Assembly (NCBI GenBank): GCA_010909165.1
Contig: VJWM01000108.1
Location: forward strand, 744,001 to 808,000
Reading direction: 5' to 3'
Length of the DNA stretch: 64,000 nt
Source of the DNA: Anthoceros angustus
Taxonomy: Eukaryota > Plantae > Anthocerotophyta
The position numbers and the translations under genes are program-made. The notes under the pieces are model-generated. The model had not been told where the DNA came from. It saw only the letters and a program-made list of their open reading frames with translations, and searched no databases. Shown here one piece after another: positions 50,438 through 61,185 of this stretch (its first letter is position 1; each line of letters begins with the position of its first letter).

Positions 50438-51765
50438 ATGGGAGTGGCAATGAGGCTTGGTGGAGCAAGGAAGAAAGCATCTCCTGCAGTGTTAAATTCA
50501 AGCACTTTCGGCTACACCATTTTGTTGTGGTGTGTATCTGTTGTAAGTTGTCGTCCTATCCTCATCTCACAATAGGCTTGAAATTCTTGATGTGAATTCA
50601 CTACCATTGTCGAGCGGAGGGTTTTTGTTTTCCACCCATCTCTCTGTATACTTCATGTAGTCTTTAAGCGGGAGAAGTATTCACTTTGGCTTTTAGAATA
50701 AGCCATGACAAATCTGGTCTTGTTCGAGATGTTAGAAATATACACCACCTGAGGGAGTGAAAGTGGCCCACATATGTCGATTTGGGAGCTCAAGAAGCGT
50801 ATGAAGCCACAGGAGCTTGGTTCTTGAAGGCGTGGCGTTTGGACGTGCTTCACAAAGTGGTAAGGGTGGCAAACCGCCAATTTTCCATCACCATACATGT
50901 CACTAGTCGCTAGTTTACGTAACCGGTGAGGGTGACCTAAACGTGCATGCCATAACCTAGCTTTTTCTATCGCTGCGGCTGCGATTGTCTCTTAAGACTT
51001 AGAAGCTAAGTGTGTTCGCATCACTGGTGTGTGTGCAAACGAAATAGTTCATGGTGCGGAACCATAAGCTATTACTTTTCGATGATCAAATGCATCGGCG
51101 ATCCTACATTCTGAGTGAGCAGGATATGATGTTGTTATCCATGTTGAGCTTCCTACGAGATGAGGTTCCTAGTCATTTCGGGGACATGATACACATCTAT
51201 GAGTAAGAGTGTGATCCAGGAACTGGAATTTTCACGTGCCTATTCCTAGAGACACAAGTGATCTATCGTCACCTGTAAACGCAGGATCTTTAGCGGTCTA
51301 TGTGAACGAATGTTTCCTCGAAACTAATGTCTTGTTGCATCATGTCAAACCACTCATGTCGGTCTCCCTTGTGTGTTTGTTGAGACATGTGGGGTTAGCA
51401 AGGATGAGCAAACTCCTAGTCCCTACCGTCGAGGATGAAGGAAGCTTGCTTTTTCACCATGGCGTGTGTCTCAAAAGTGGGGTTGCCCTCCTTGCGAGGT
51501 ACCCTTTGCTTCTTCGACACTTGCTTTCCCAATGACACGAATCGCACCGTGGCATTTTCCGTCTTCTTGGGTTTCTTCGTGAAGTAGCTCGTGACTGCTA
51601 GCACTTGAGGTATTCTGCACCTCGAAGTTAGGCTTCGCATTTGTTGTGGTGTAAAGAGCTGCTTGCCGGCATGCGTAGTTCCTCTTGTTGCTTCTTCCCG
51701 AGAAGAGCTCTCACTAACTTTCAGCGTTGTTTGGGGAAGGGTAAAGCCTGCACCTTAGCTAGTTT
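50438..51765 (-). pseudogene. Element A integrase-PR-partial gag, unit 5 (gag 5' part deleted)
   Basis: Homology to unit 1 stops at TTAGCTAGTTT (~51765) and resumes ~1.17 kb further along the unit. Confidence 0.8.
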
Positions 51766-52311
51766 TGCTATTCGTGGAAGAGAGTCTCAATCAATTTGTT
51801 GAATGTCCGCTTACTTCAAGAGCAAGTGCGATGATTTTCGTTGACTGCATTCCGCGTCATTGGTGGAGCGTTATGCAATCATTTGCACAGTGCTCCTTGC
51901 CCTCTGCGATTCTGCTGTGGAATGCGCTCGGTAGGCGTGGCTGCCATTGTTGCCGTCAATAGATTGGCCATTCATTTGGCTAGGATTTGTGTTTTAGAAT
52001 TTTTTAGAACCACTTTTGTAATTCTATATGATTTTATATAAAGATTTGTGCCAATTCTAGTTGTTCTAGTGTACCTAGTGTCAAATTGCTCTACAGCAAT
52101 CGACAGCAGTGCACTAGAGAACTCTAGAAATGCAAATTTTCTAAATAAAAATCAAGAAAAGAAACTACAAGTTGGTTTCTTGATCATTTTCTTGTTTTCT
52201 CATTAGAAAATTGTTTTCTAAACAAGAAACAAACACAAACACATATTTGTGCACATCCAAATGTGCCCAATTTAATGTGCATTCTCATGAATGCAATCTA
52301 TGCCCTGCATG

Positions 52312-52323
52312 GCTCTGATACCA
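52312..52323 (-). promoter_or_regulatory. Primer-binding site (tRNA-iMet) of element A, best-preserved copy
   Basis: Perfect TGGTATCAGAGC on the minus strand next to the LTR. Confidence 0.88.
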
Positions 52324-52550
52324 TAACAAAATATGTAATGGGTGCATCAATTAACATATTATTAATTACATTGTATATATGTGTATATAAGGAAAACAAG
52401 TGTATGAAAGCGAACTAGACTTAACTTAATAATGAAAAGGCATGACTCTTTGCTAAAGGACGTAACCCTAATGAAAGGGTAAGTAAGCTAAATTAAATCT
52501 AAGTGCACACTCTATATATGTAGATATAACTAAACCGAAATAACTCAACA
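52324..52550 (-). mobile_element. Element A LTR (shared copy 6)
   Basis: Between the perfect PBS and the PPT-like GGAGATAGTAG. Confidence 0.82.
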
Positions 52551-52562
52551 CTACTATCTCCA

Positions 52563-53478
52563 TTATGGCTGCCCGACAATGGCTAAAAATCCAAGAATGG
52601 CGTCCAACGCCCGATAATGGCTGGCCATACAATGGTTGGCCCCACAATGGCTGGCCATACAATTGGGCCCCACAATGCCCGCCCACAATGGTGGCCCACA
52701 ATGGCTGGCATACAATGGCGGCCCCACAATGGCCATGCTACAATGGTTGGCCCCACAATGGCTGGCCATACAATGGCTGCCCCACAATGGCTGGCTACAA
52801 TGGTCGGCCCCACAATGTTCTACAATAGGCCACAATGGCTGGCCATACAATGGCTGGCCCCACAATGGCTGGCCATACAATGGTCGCCATATAATGGCCG
52901 CCCCACAATGGCTGGCTATACAATGGTCGGCCGACAATGTTGGCTCGACGCCGCTACAATGGTCGCGATACGGCCGGCCCGACAATGGTCGAACAATGGC
53001 CGCCCTACAATGGTCGACATACAATGGTCGCCCGACAATGGTCGGCCTGACAATGGCTGGCCATACAATGGCTGGCCGACAATGGTCGACTACAATGGCT
53101 GGCCCTACAATGGTCACCATACAATGGTCGGCTACAATGGGCCTCACAATGGCGCCCGACAATGGCCGGGCCAATCGGGCCCGACAATGGCCTCACAATG
53201 GCTGGAATGGTCGGCTCGACAATGGCTGGCGACAATGGCTGGCTCGACAATGGCGGCCCGACAATGGCCGACAATGCAATGGCGCCCTACAATGGCTTGC
53301 AATGGTGGCGACAATGGTCCATACAATGGATGGCCAAAATCCAAGAATGGCGCCTAACGCCGCAATGGTGGCGATGGTTGGCCCGATGATGGTGACGATG
53401 GGCCCGACAATGGCTGGGCATAAAATGGTGGCCAAAATCCGTGAATGGCCAACGCGACAATGGCGAGCCATATAATGG
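52563..53478. repeat. CAATGG minisatellite, unit 6 (longest, ~920 bp)
   Basis: Direct inspection. Confidence 0.95.
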
Positions 53479-53789
53479 CCCGCAAAGGCGGCATGTACAA
53501 ACATGTGCCATCGGGAGTGCGACTTGAGTGTAGAGGTGGCACCTCATAATAAGAACACTTAAGAAAATGCCAAAGAGCGTACTAGTATTAGAGCGCCCGC
53601 TCGACTTTTTCCTTTCTATGCGGATGTGTAAGGGCTGGGATTAATGGAGTGCGTGTTGCCGAGTGGCACGCCTCCGCACATTTGAATGGACGTGTTCATC
53701 ATCCCCCCACCAAATTGAAAATACCCTCCCCTTCCTCCCCGTCTCCCACCTAGCCCCTTGCTAGTCCACCAAATTTATAACTTTGCTTA

Positions 53790-54355
53790 CATTTTACAAT
53801 GTTGCTTTTACTTCTACAATCTACAACATGGGAGCCACATCATCGATCCCGTTATAAATGAACTCTAATCATATTTTTGAAATCAATACCAATAATAAAG
53901 ACTTTTGAAGAAATAAAGATCAAATATCAAATTTGAGAAAGAGATTTTACAATGTAATCTACAACAAGGGAGGCACGTCATCAATCCACGCTGCAAATGG
54001 TCTTCAATAATATTTTTGTGATTAATAACAATAATAAAGATTTTAAAAAATGAAGAACACATTTCGAGAAAAATATTTTACAACGTAATCTACAACAAGG
54101 AGCCACATCATCAATCGCTGATATATATTACCTAAAATCATATTTTTGATTAATAATAAAAAGAGTTTTAACAGGAATAAAGAATACATTTTGAGAAAAA
54201 TATTTTACAATGTAATCTATAACAAGGAAGCCACATCATCAATTGCTATTGTAAATGGCTTCCAATCATATTTTTGATTAATGATGATAAAATATTTTTG
54301 AAGAAATAAATATCAAAATTTGAGAAAAAGGCTTTTAACGTAATCTACAACAAGG
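53790..54355. repeat. AT-rich ~125-bp minisatellite, unit 6
   Basis: Five monomer cores. Confidence 0.9.
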
Positions 54356-54394
54356 CGCCTAACGCCCGACAATGGACCCGACGATGGCTGGCCC

Positions 54395-55923
54395 GACAGA
54401 GGAGGTTGTCGCTAGCGTAAGTCATTAGCAAAATTGCTTCATCACCTCCTCATCATTTTTTTGTTCTTCTTCGCAGAGCAATCTCCTCAAGTCAAGTCGT
54501 GAAAACAGTGGCGTCGGGAAGGAGAGGTCAAAATCCTCCTGTGGGGAGCACTCCCACCGGCTTCATCAAGCGTGCTTGTCGAGACCACCTTGTTCGAGTG
54601 CGTCATAAAGCTTGTAAGCTTTTATACCTTCATTGTATCCTATCATAAGGAATTTCTTGGTAACTTGGTTCTCTTGGCCTTAGGAATGAAAGCGTAAGCT
54701 AACCAAGGTTCAAGATGAAGGATATGGTTTTCTAACCAAAGAAAGTCCATCCTGGTAGTGGTGGGCAATCTGTTGCATAAATAACAATGAGGGCCTCGCC
54801 ACAAATGTGAGGTGAGGGTGGAACAAGGAAGAAACCATCTCCGCAGTGTTAAAGCGCCGCTACACCATTTTGTTGTGGTGTATACGTATAAGTTGTATCA
54901 TCCTCATAATAGGCTTGAAATTGCTTGATGTGAATTCACCACCATTGTCGAACGGAGGGTTTTCAGTCCATCTCTCTTATGCATACAGTAGAAGTATTCA
55001 CTTTGGCTTTGAATATAAGCCATGAAATCCGGTCTTGTCGTGAATGTTAGAAATATCGCCACCAATTGAGGGTTTGTGAAAGTGGCCCACATATGTCGAT
55101 GTGGACGAGCTCAAGAACGTGTGAAGCCACAGCAGGAGACGCTTGGAGACAGCTTCACAAAGTGGTAAGGGTGGCAAACCGCCAATTTTTCCATCACCAT
55201 ACATGTCACTAGGCACTGGTTTACAGCAGCAGGGGTGACCTAACGCATGCCATAACCTAGCTTTTTCTATACGCTTTGCGCTTTGCGATTGTCTCTTAAG
55301 ACTTAGAAGCTAAGTGTGTTCACATCGCTGTGTGTGTGCAAACGGAATAGATCACCGGAACCATAAGCTATTACTTCGATGATCAAATGCATCGATGATC
55401 CCCTACAGGAGTGAGCAGGATACCGTTGTTATCCATGTTGAGCTTCCTAACGAGATGAGGTTCCTGTCATTTCGTGGACATGATACACATCCGTGAGTAA
55501 GAGTGTGATCCTGAAGGAACTGGAATTTTCACGTGCCTATTCACGGAACACAAGTGATCTATCACCAGACAAAAATGATCTTTTTGGTCTATATATGAAT
55601 GCGTTTCTATCGAAACTAATAATGTCACTGCTGTATCAAGGTACCACTCATGTATTGGTCTCCCTTGTGTTTGTTGTATGACATATGGGGTTATAGCAGG
55701 ATGAGCAAACTCCTAGTCCCTAAAAGGGGGGAAGCTTGCTTTTCACTATGGCGTGTGTCTCAAAAGTGGAGTTGCCCTCCCTACCATTTCTTTGACACTT
55801 GCTTTCCCAATGAATCGCACCTGGCATTTTCCGCTTCTTGGGTTTCTTCTATGAAGTAGCTCATTGTGGCCGCTAGCTTGAGGTATTTTGTTTACCTCGA
55901 AGTTAGGCTTCGCCTTTGTTTCG
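54395..55923 (-). pseudogene. Element A integrase-PR-partial gag, unit 6 (no B insertion, truncated in gag)
   Basis: Empty B site at ~54790-54805; homology ends at CCTTTGTTTCG (~55923). Confidence 0.8.
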
Positions 55924-56897
55924 TGCTGCGCCCTTCCACTGGCACACCTTGCCCATGGGGGCCGGCGGTGAGGCGCCCTTCCCTAGCACACCGCCCATGG
56001 GCGTCGGCCGGCCGGGCCTCCCTAACAGGCAGGCGCCTCCTATGGGCTCCTCCATGGGTATCTTTAAGAAAATGAATATTTAGCGGCTGAAGGGTCATGC
56101 AACTTAGGACCGTTGGTCAAGTGCTTGGGAAAAAGGTGTAGTAATGAGTAGGTTCTGTGTTTGTAACCTATATCTTATAAATAACCCAACTTTGTTGATT
56201 TTAAGGACGCTTGCTTGGGCGCATGGGCAACCAACTTTGTTCATTTTAAGGACGCTGGCATTGCCTTAAAGCCCAAGTGGTTGCATTGAGTGCTAGAAGG
56301 TTGAAGACCACGATTGGCGAGCTTTTGGATGAGGGTCAGCAAACCCTAAATGTTGTGTGGCAGTCGACACCGTCCGGAGCTCAGCCCAAAAATTATACTA
56401 ATGAATACGAGCAAGCATTGGAGGAGAATGACAGCTTTGACGTGGAGGATATGGACCGCCTTCGGAATTTGGCGGTAGTCCTTGATTCAGTATTGGTGCA
56501 AGGCATAGACGAGTCGCTAGGCCGCACTCTTGAATGACTATTGTCGATGCTGATGACCACTTCCTCCTTTAGCCATTGTTTGTTGCAATGTTCTCACGAC
56601 CACTGAATTGAGACTCCCGCTAGTACAAGATTGTTTTCATTGTGTTCCACCACTTGAAAGTAAAAGTTTTCGGTTGTAATAAACATATGAAAATGGCAGC
56701 CCTCATGCATTCTACAAAAATGCAGACGGGCCCACACTTGAAAGTGCATCTTTTATCAAAGGTATGGGCTCATAAAGGGTGTACGCATCATCAAAGTAGG
56801 GCAGATATGCTGTTGCAGGAAGGGTGTACATCGCGACAAGGGGGTGCTGTCTCGACCGAAGGGGTTACTATATTCCCCCATCAAAAATTATCATGTT
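55924..56897. other. Unassigned ~1-kb junction segment with short internal repeats
   Basis: GCCCATGGG twice (55951, 55994); CCAACTTTGTT(G/C)ATTTTAAGGACGCT twice (~56186, ~56232). No homology to A, B or the PPR genes. Confidence 0.5.
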
Positions 56898-57220
56898 TTA
56901 AGGTCGAGAGCACGAATGCACGTCTGAAGCAGGAAGGAGGCCACGTACCTCACACAAAGTTGGTGTTGAAGCCACTGTGTGAGAAGGAAAAGGAAGATGT
57001 GCTTTGTGGGCATGCTGAGAAACTAGCTTTGGCCTTTGGTCTCTTGAACACTCGGAGTGGGACACCTCTGGTGGTAACGAAGAATCTACGCATGTGCAGT
57101 GACTGCCTCAGCTCCACGGAGATCATGTCAAGGCTTGAACAGAGAGGCATTGTTGTGAGGGATGGGTACCGTGTGCATCCATTCGCAGCTGGTTCTTGCA
57201 GTTGTAATGGTCGACCGTGA
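56687..57220 (+). CDS. Orphan DYW:KP (GRP-type) domain remnant fused in frame to unrelated upstream sequence; possibly a pseudogene
   Basis: From ~56898: [64 protein letters not shown]. No PPR, E or PG-box region. In-frame ATG at 56687. Confidence 0.7.
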   Translation: MKMAALMHSTKMQTGPHLKVHLLSKVWAHKGCTHHQSRADMLLQEGCTSRQGGAVSTEGVTIFPHQKLSCFKVESTNARLKQEGGHVPHTKLVLKPLCEKEKEDVLCGHAEKLALAFGLLNTRSGTPLVVTKNLRMCSDCLSSTEIMSRLEQRGIVVRDGYRVHPFAAGSCSCNGRP

Positions 57221-57516
57221 GAATGAAGAAGAACCATCCAGTGCTCGAGAGAATCCCTACTGCCTTTTCCTCGGGGGTGAAAGTGCTGGGTTGATGCCAT
57301 CCCTCTCCTTACGGAGACATGCAGGCATGGATGGCTAACACTGATTCGCCTCTTGTAAGAACAGGGAGAACCAGAAGAGAATTTTTCGTTCCAGACTGAA
57401 AGCTTTATGACAGTATTTGTTTTCTGGTTACCCAATAAAAATCCGTCTGCACTATCCGTCAGGGTGGTGTGGCCATACTTTTCAGTACATACCTGACATC
57501 CTGCCATGGTCTATTG

Positions 57517-57675
57517 TTAGACTTACCTTCCGTTGACTGCCAACGATGTTGTTAGACTCATGTTCCGATGGCTGCCAACGCCGACGATGTTATTGGACTC
57601 GTATTCCGATGAGTGTCAACGATGTTGTAGACAAACCTTCTGATGAGTTCCCACGATGTTGTTAGACTCATCTTC
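57517..57675. repeat. ~35-bp minisatellite (about 5 degenerate copies) just upstream of PPR gene 1
   Basis: Repeated GTTAGACTCAT.TTCCGATG.CTGCCAACGATGTT. Confidence 0.8.
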
Positions 57676-57694
57676 CCTCTGCGGTCCTTGAACG

Positions 57695-60518
57695 ATGGCC
57701 ACAGTATGGCAACCGGACCCGTCGCGGACCCAACAAATCGGTGTGTGTACAGGGATTCTACGAGGAGGTCCTACTCAACTGCCTTTAGGGGATCAAGTCC
57801 TGGCAAACAACCAAGCCTCCTGTTGCACTCAACTCCCTTTAGGGAATCAAGCCCCGGCAAACAACCAAGCCTCCAGCTGCAGCAGTGTAAGGAGCCCAGC
57901 ACTTCCACTGCCGAGAAAATGTGTGGGTGGAGACGGGCTTAGCAGAGATGGTCGTCTCCAGGAGCAGGAGCAGTTGTGGCAACAGTTTTTTCTGGAACCA
58001 ACCATGTGGTGGGACAGGAGACGAGGTAAGAAGAGCACCCGTTCGCCTGACTTCCGGCGTAAGGGGTCCGGCGAAGTCCTGTGGTTAAACAACATGTTTA
58101 AGCCAGCTTGGGTTGATGAGCAGCTGGTTTCCTTGGATATGCAGATGGGTCAAGGTGCCTCTCCTTCCAAGTCGAGCTCTCCGCTTAAACGGATTCTGAA
58201 AGGATCGGAAATTGGAGTCAGAACGGCTGGAACCGTGAGCACGTTATGTCAGCAGGGGAAGCTTTCTGAGGCCGTCGCAGCCCTGGAATCTCTGGCGCAG
58301 ACAGACTGCGCTGTTTCTCAGTCTCTGTTCTACACTGTTCTAAAACTGTGTACAGCTAAGAGGGATTTGGTTGTGGGTCGACGAATTCATGACCTCACTG
58401 TCAAACTCGGGTACGAGTCGAATGCATACTTGGGGAACCATATCTTGCGCATGTATGCATGCGGAGGTAGGCTGCAGGAGGCCATGGATGTGTTCACCAG
58501 GGTGGCAAACCAGATGCCTTCATGTGGTCTCCATAATCTCTGCACATGCTAAGCATGGGAAACCTAATGAGGCCATACAACTGTGAGATGCGTAGGTCAG
58601 GAGTGAAGGATGCTCACGTCTTTGTAGCTGCCCTTCAAGCTTGTGCATTTGCCGCCGACTTGGAATCTGGCAGAAAAGTGCACTGTGATGTCACAGTGGC
58701 ATTCCTCCTGACTTGTTTTGTTGGCACTGCCTGGTGGACATGTATGCAAAATGTGGTGAACTGAAAGATGCACGCCAGGTTTTTGACAGCATGACAAAGG
58801 ATGTGGTGACATGGAATGCTGATTGCTGGGTATAGCAAGGGCTGGACATGAGGCTTGTTGTGTATGGACAAATGGAGCAGGAGGGCCTGATTTTGGCTGA
58901 CCATGTTACTTTGCTTGCCTTCTGAAGGCCTGCACTGGTGCCTTAGAAGGGCAGGCAGCTGCACTCAGATTGTTGAAAGGACACATGACATGTGGTGGGC
59001 AACTGCCTGGTGGACATGTATGCAAAATGTGGTGAACTGGAAGATGCACGCCAGGTTTTTGACAGAACAAAGGATGTGGTGACATGGAATGCCCTGATTG
59101 CTGGGTATGCACAGCAAGGACTCGGCCAAGAGGCGCTTTGTGTATGGACAAATGGAGCAGAGGGCCTGATTTTGGCTAACCATGTTACTTTGCTTGCCTT
59201 CTGAAGGCCTGTGAAGCACTGGTGCCTTACAGAAGGGCAGGCAGCTGCACTCAGATTGTGAAGAGGACTGCTGATACTGGTAAACTGCCTGGTGGACATG
59301 TATGCAAAATGTGGTGAACTGGAAGATGCACGCCAGGTTTTTGACAGCTTGGCCACAAAGGATGTGGTGACATGGAATGCCCTGATTGCTGGGTATGCAC
59401 AGCAAGGACTCGCCAAGAGGCGCTTGTTGTATGGACAAATGGAGGAGGTGGGCCAGGCTCATGACCATGTTACTTTGCTTGCCTTCTGAAGGCCTGTGGA
59501 AGCACTGGTGCCTTACAGAAGGGCAGGCAGCTGCACTCACAGATTGTTGAAAGAGGACTGCTGGATGTAGTGTGGGCACCTGCCTGGTGGACATGTATGC
59601 AAAATGTGGTGAACTGGAAGATGCACGCCAGGTTTTTGACAGCATGAACACAAAGGATGTGGTGACATGGAATGCCCTGATATCTGGGTATGGTACTTGT
59701 GATGAGGTCAGGCACTAGCTTGTTTTGAGGAGATGTTAGTTGCCGGTATTCAGCCTGATGCTACTTTTACTTGCCTTAGTAGCATGCAGTCATGAGGGAC
59801 TGGTGAGGGTCGCTTTGATTCCATGGCTGAACAGCATGGCATCAAACCTACTATTGAGCACATGCATGATTGATCTTCTTGGGCGTGCAGGCCATTTAGA
59901 TGAGGCTGAGATGCTATTGTCATGAGGCCAAAGTAATGTGGGCTTGACGTCTTTGTTGAATGCCTGCAAAAGTCACGGGGATATAGAGAGGGCGATGGTG
60001 TTTTGAAAGCATTGTTAGGCTGGACCTGGGAGCCATATGTGCTCATGGCCAATGCCTACGCAGATGCAGGTAGGTGGACGATGTAGACAGGATTGAAACA
60101 CAGAATGGTAGCAGGAGCTAACAAGAAACCTGCAGTGGCGACCATTGAGGTGAATAAGCAGGTACATAGATTTGCTGGTGGGAGAAGAGAGATTGCGCTT
60201 AAGGTAGAGAGCGAATGCACGTCTGAAGCAGGAAGGAGGCCACTACCTCACACAAAGTTGGTGTTGAAGCCACTGTGTGAGAAGGAAAAGGAAGATTTGC
60301 TTTGTGGGCATGCTGAGAAACTAGCTCTGGCGTTTGGCCTCTTAAACACTCCCAGTGGGACACCTCTGGTGGTAACGAAGAATCTACGGATGTGCAGTGA
60401 CTGCCACAGTTCCACGGAGATCATGTCAAGGCTTGAACAGAGAGACATTGTTGTAAGAGATGGGTACCGCCTGCATCGATTCACAGCTGGTTCTTGCAGC
60501 TGTAAGGGTCGACCGTGA
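57695..60518 (+). CDS. PLS-class PPR protein with E domains and C-terminal DYW:KP (GRP) domain; candidate U-to-C RNA-editing factor (gene 1); frameshifts in the repeat array
   Basis: Open N-terminal ~270 codons, then P/L/S motifs ([15 protein letters not shown]; [10 protein letters not shown]; [22 protein letters not shown]), E region ([16 protein letters not shown]), [10 protein letters not shown] box, KLVLKP, HAEKLA, CSDCH, CSCKGRP* (stop at 60516-60518). Confidence 0.9.
57974..58128 (+). other. PDF-like motif (OSB-family ssDNA-binding motif) in PPR gene 1
   Basis: [51 protein letters not shown] follows the W-D-x-R..K...PDF-K/R..G..LW..P.WV pattern of OSB PDF motifs (recognised from memory; no database search run). 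Confidence 0.75.
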
Positions 60519-61185
60519 GAATAGTGAACCAGGCAGTGGTCAAGCGTGTACGCCAAAAGTTGCTGCTTTTGTTCTTGGGTGAAAGTGTTTCATGCATCCG
60601 TGTTGCAATGAGACGTGGATCAGCGTTAGCCATCCATGCGCATGTCTCAGTTTCGACAGGGACACAGTTGGATTTCAAGGCTCTTCTGGAAGGGAGGACA
60701 CAATGGAGCTTTAATGAAGCATTGCTGAATATGAGTTTGCGTGCTGAAACTTCGAACCGTAACGTGCTCGTTTTCGGAGGGTACCCAATGAAAAAACTGC
60801 CTGCACAGAGATCCTTCCGGGTGGTGTGGCCGTCAACAGTGCCTCTGCATCTCACCATAGTCATAGTCTGTTTTGCTCTCAAACTCATGGGCCTTTCACA
60901 CCCCCAAGAAATGAAATGGACTGCGCAGTCACCAAGAAAATGGACTGCGTTGTCATCGTCGGAAAGATAGAAATGCCTATTTTTATTCATCTCTCACTTG
61001 TTTTTAATCGTTAAAACCGCGCGACCATCGCCGTCTTTTGCAACCCATCACGAATTTATGGGAACCATCATCCATGGCGAACAGGCGCCCTGTAACAGCG
61101 CCTTGGGGTCGGGACTGCGCTGTCGTGACGAAACATTTATTTGGTTGTGAAAGGCCTCCTGCTTCCAACAGCGGTCCCTGAACCC

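Larger units (their letters stand above)
1..55923 (-). repeat. Macrosatellite-like tandem array of copia-derived element A (~5.3-kb basic unit, 7 partial/complete units, shared LTRs)
   Basis: Landmark TTGTTATCCATGTTGAGCTTCC recurs at ~5, ~5357, ~10710, ~28526, ~40015, ~51131 and ~55426. Uninterrupted units are ~5.35 kb apart; longer spacings are explained by nested insertions. Confidence 0.95.

Noticed and set aside
52563-53475. Long ORFs (up to 279 aa) in several frames over the CAATGG blocks (MAGHT, NGWPY, QWLAI repeats; also 2866-3267, 13206-13877, 31106-31750, 42474-43306)
   Set aside because: The monomer lacks stop codons in most frames on both strands, so long ORFs arise by chance. Frames are not conserved between units.
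1-55923. Asserting that the array is a centromere
   Set aside because: Plausible, but nothing in the sequence alone demonstrates it. Kept only as a testable hypothesis.
56277-56537. 86-aa acidic ORF as a gene or transposase tail
   Set aside because: GTG start, short, and no motif I can identify. Left as part of the unassigned junction.
60481-60990. Overlapping 151-aa (+) and 169-aa (-) ORFs after gene 1
   Set aside because: No recognisable domain, a non-ATG start on the plus strand, and the homologous flank after the first DYW (57220 onward) does not preserve the frame. Likely 3' UTR or intergenic.
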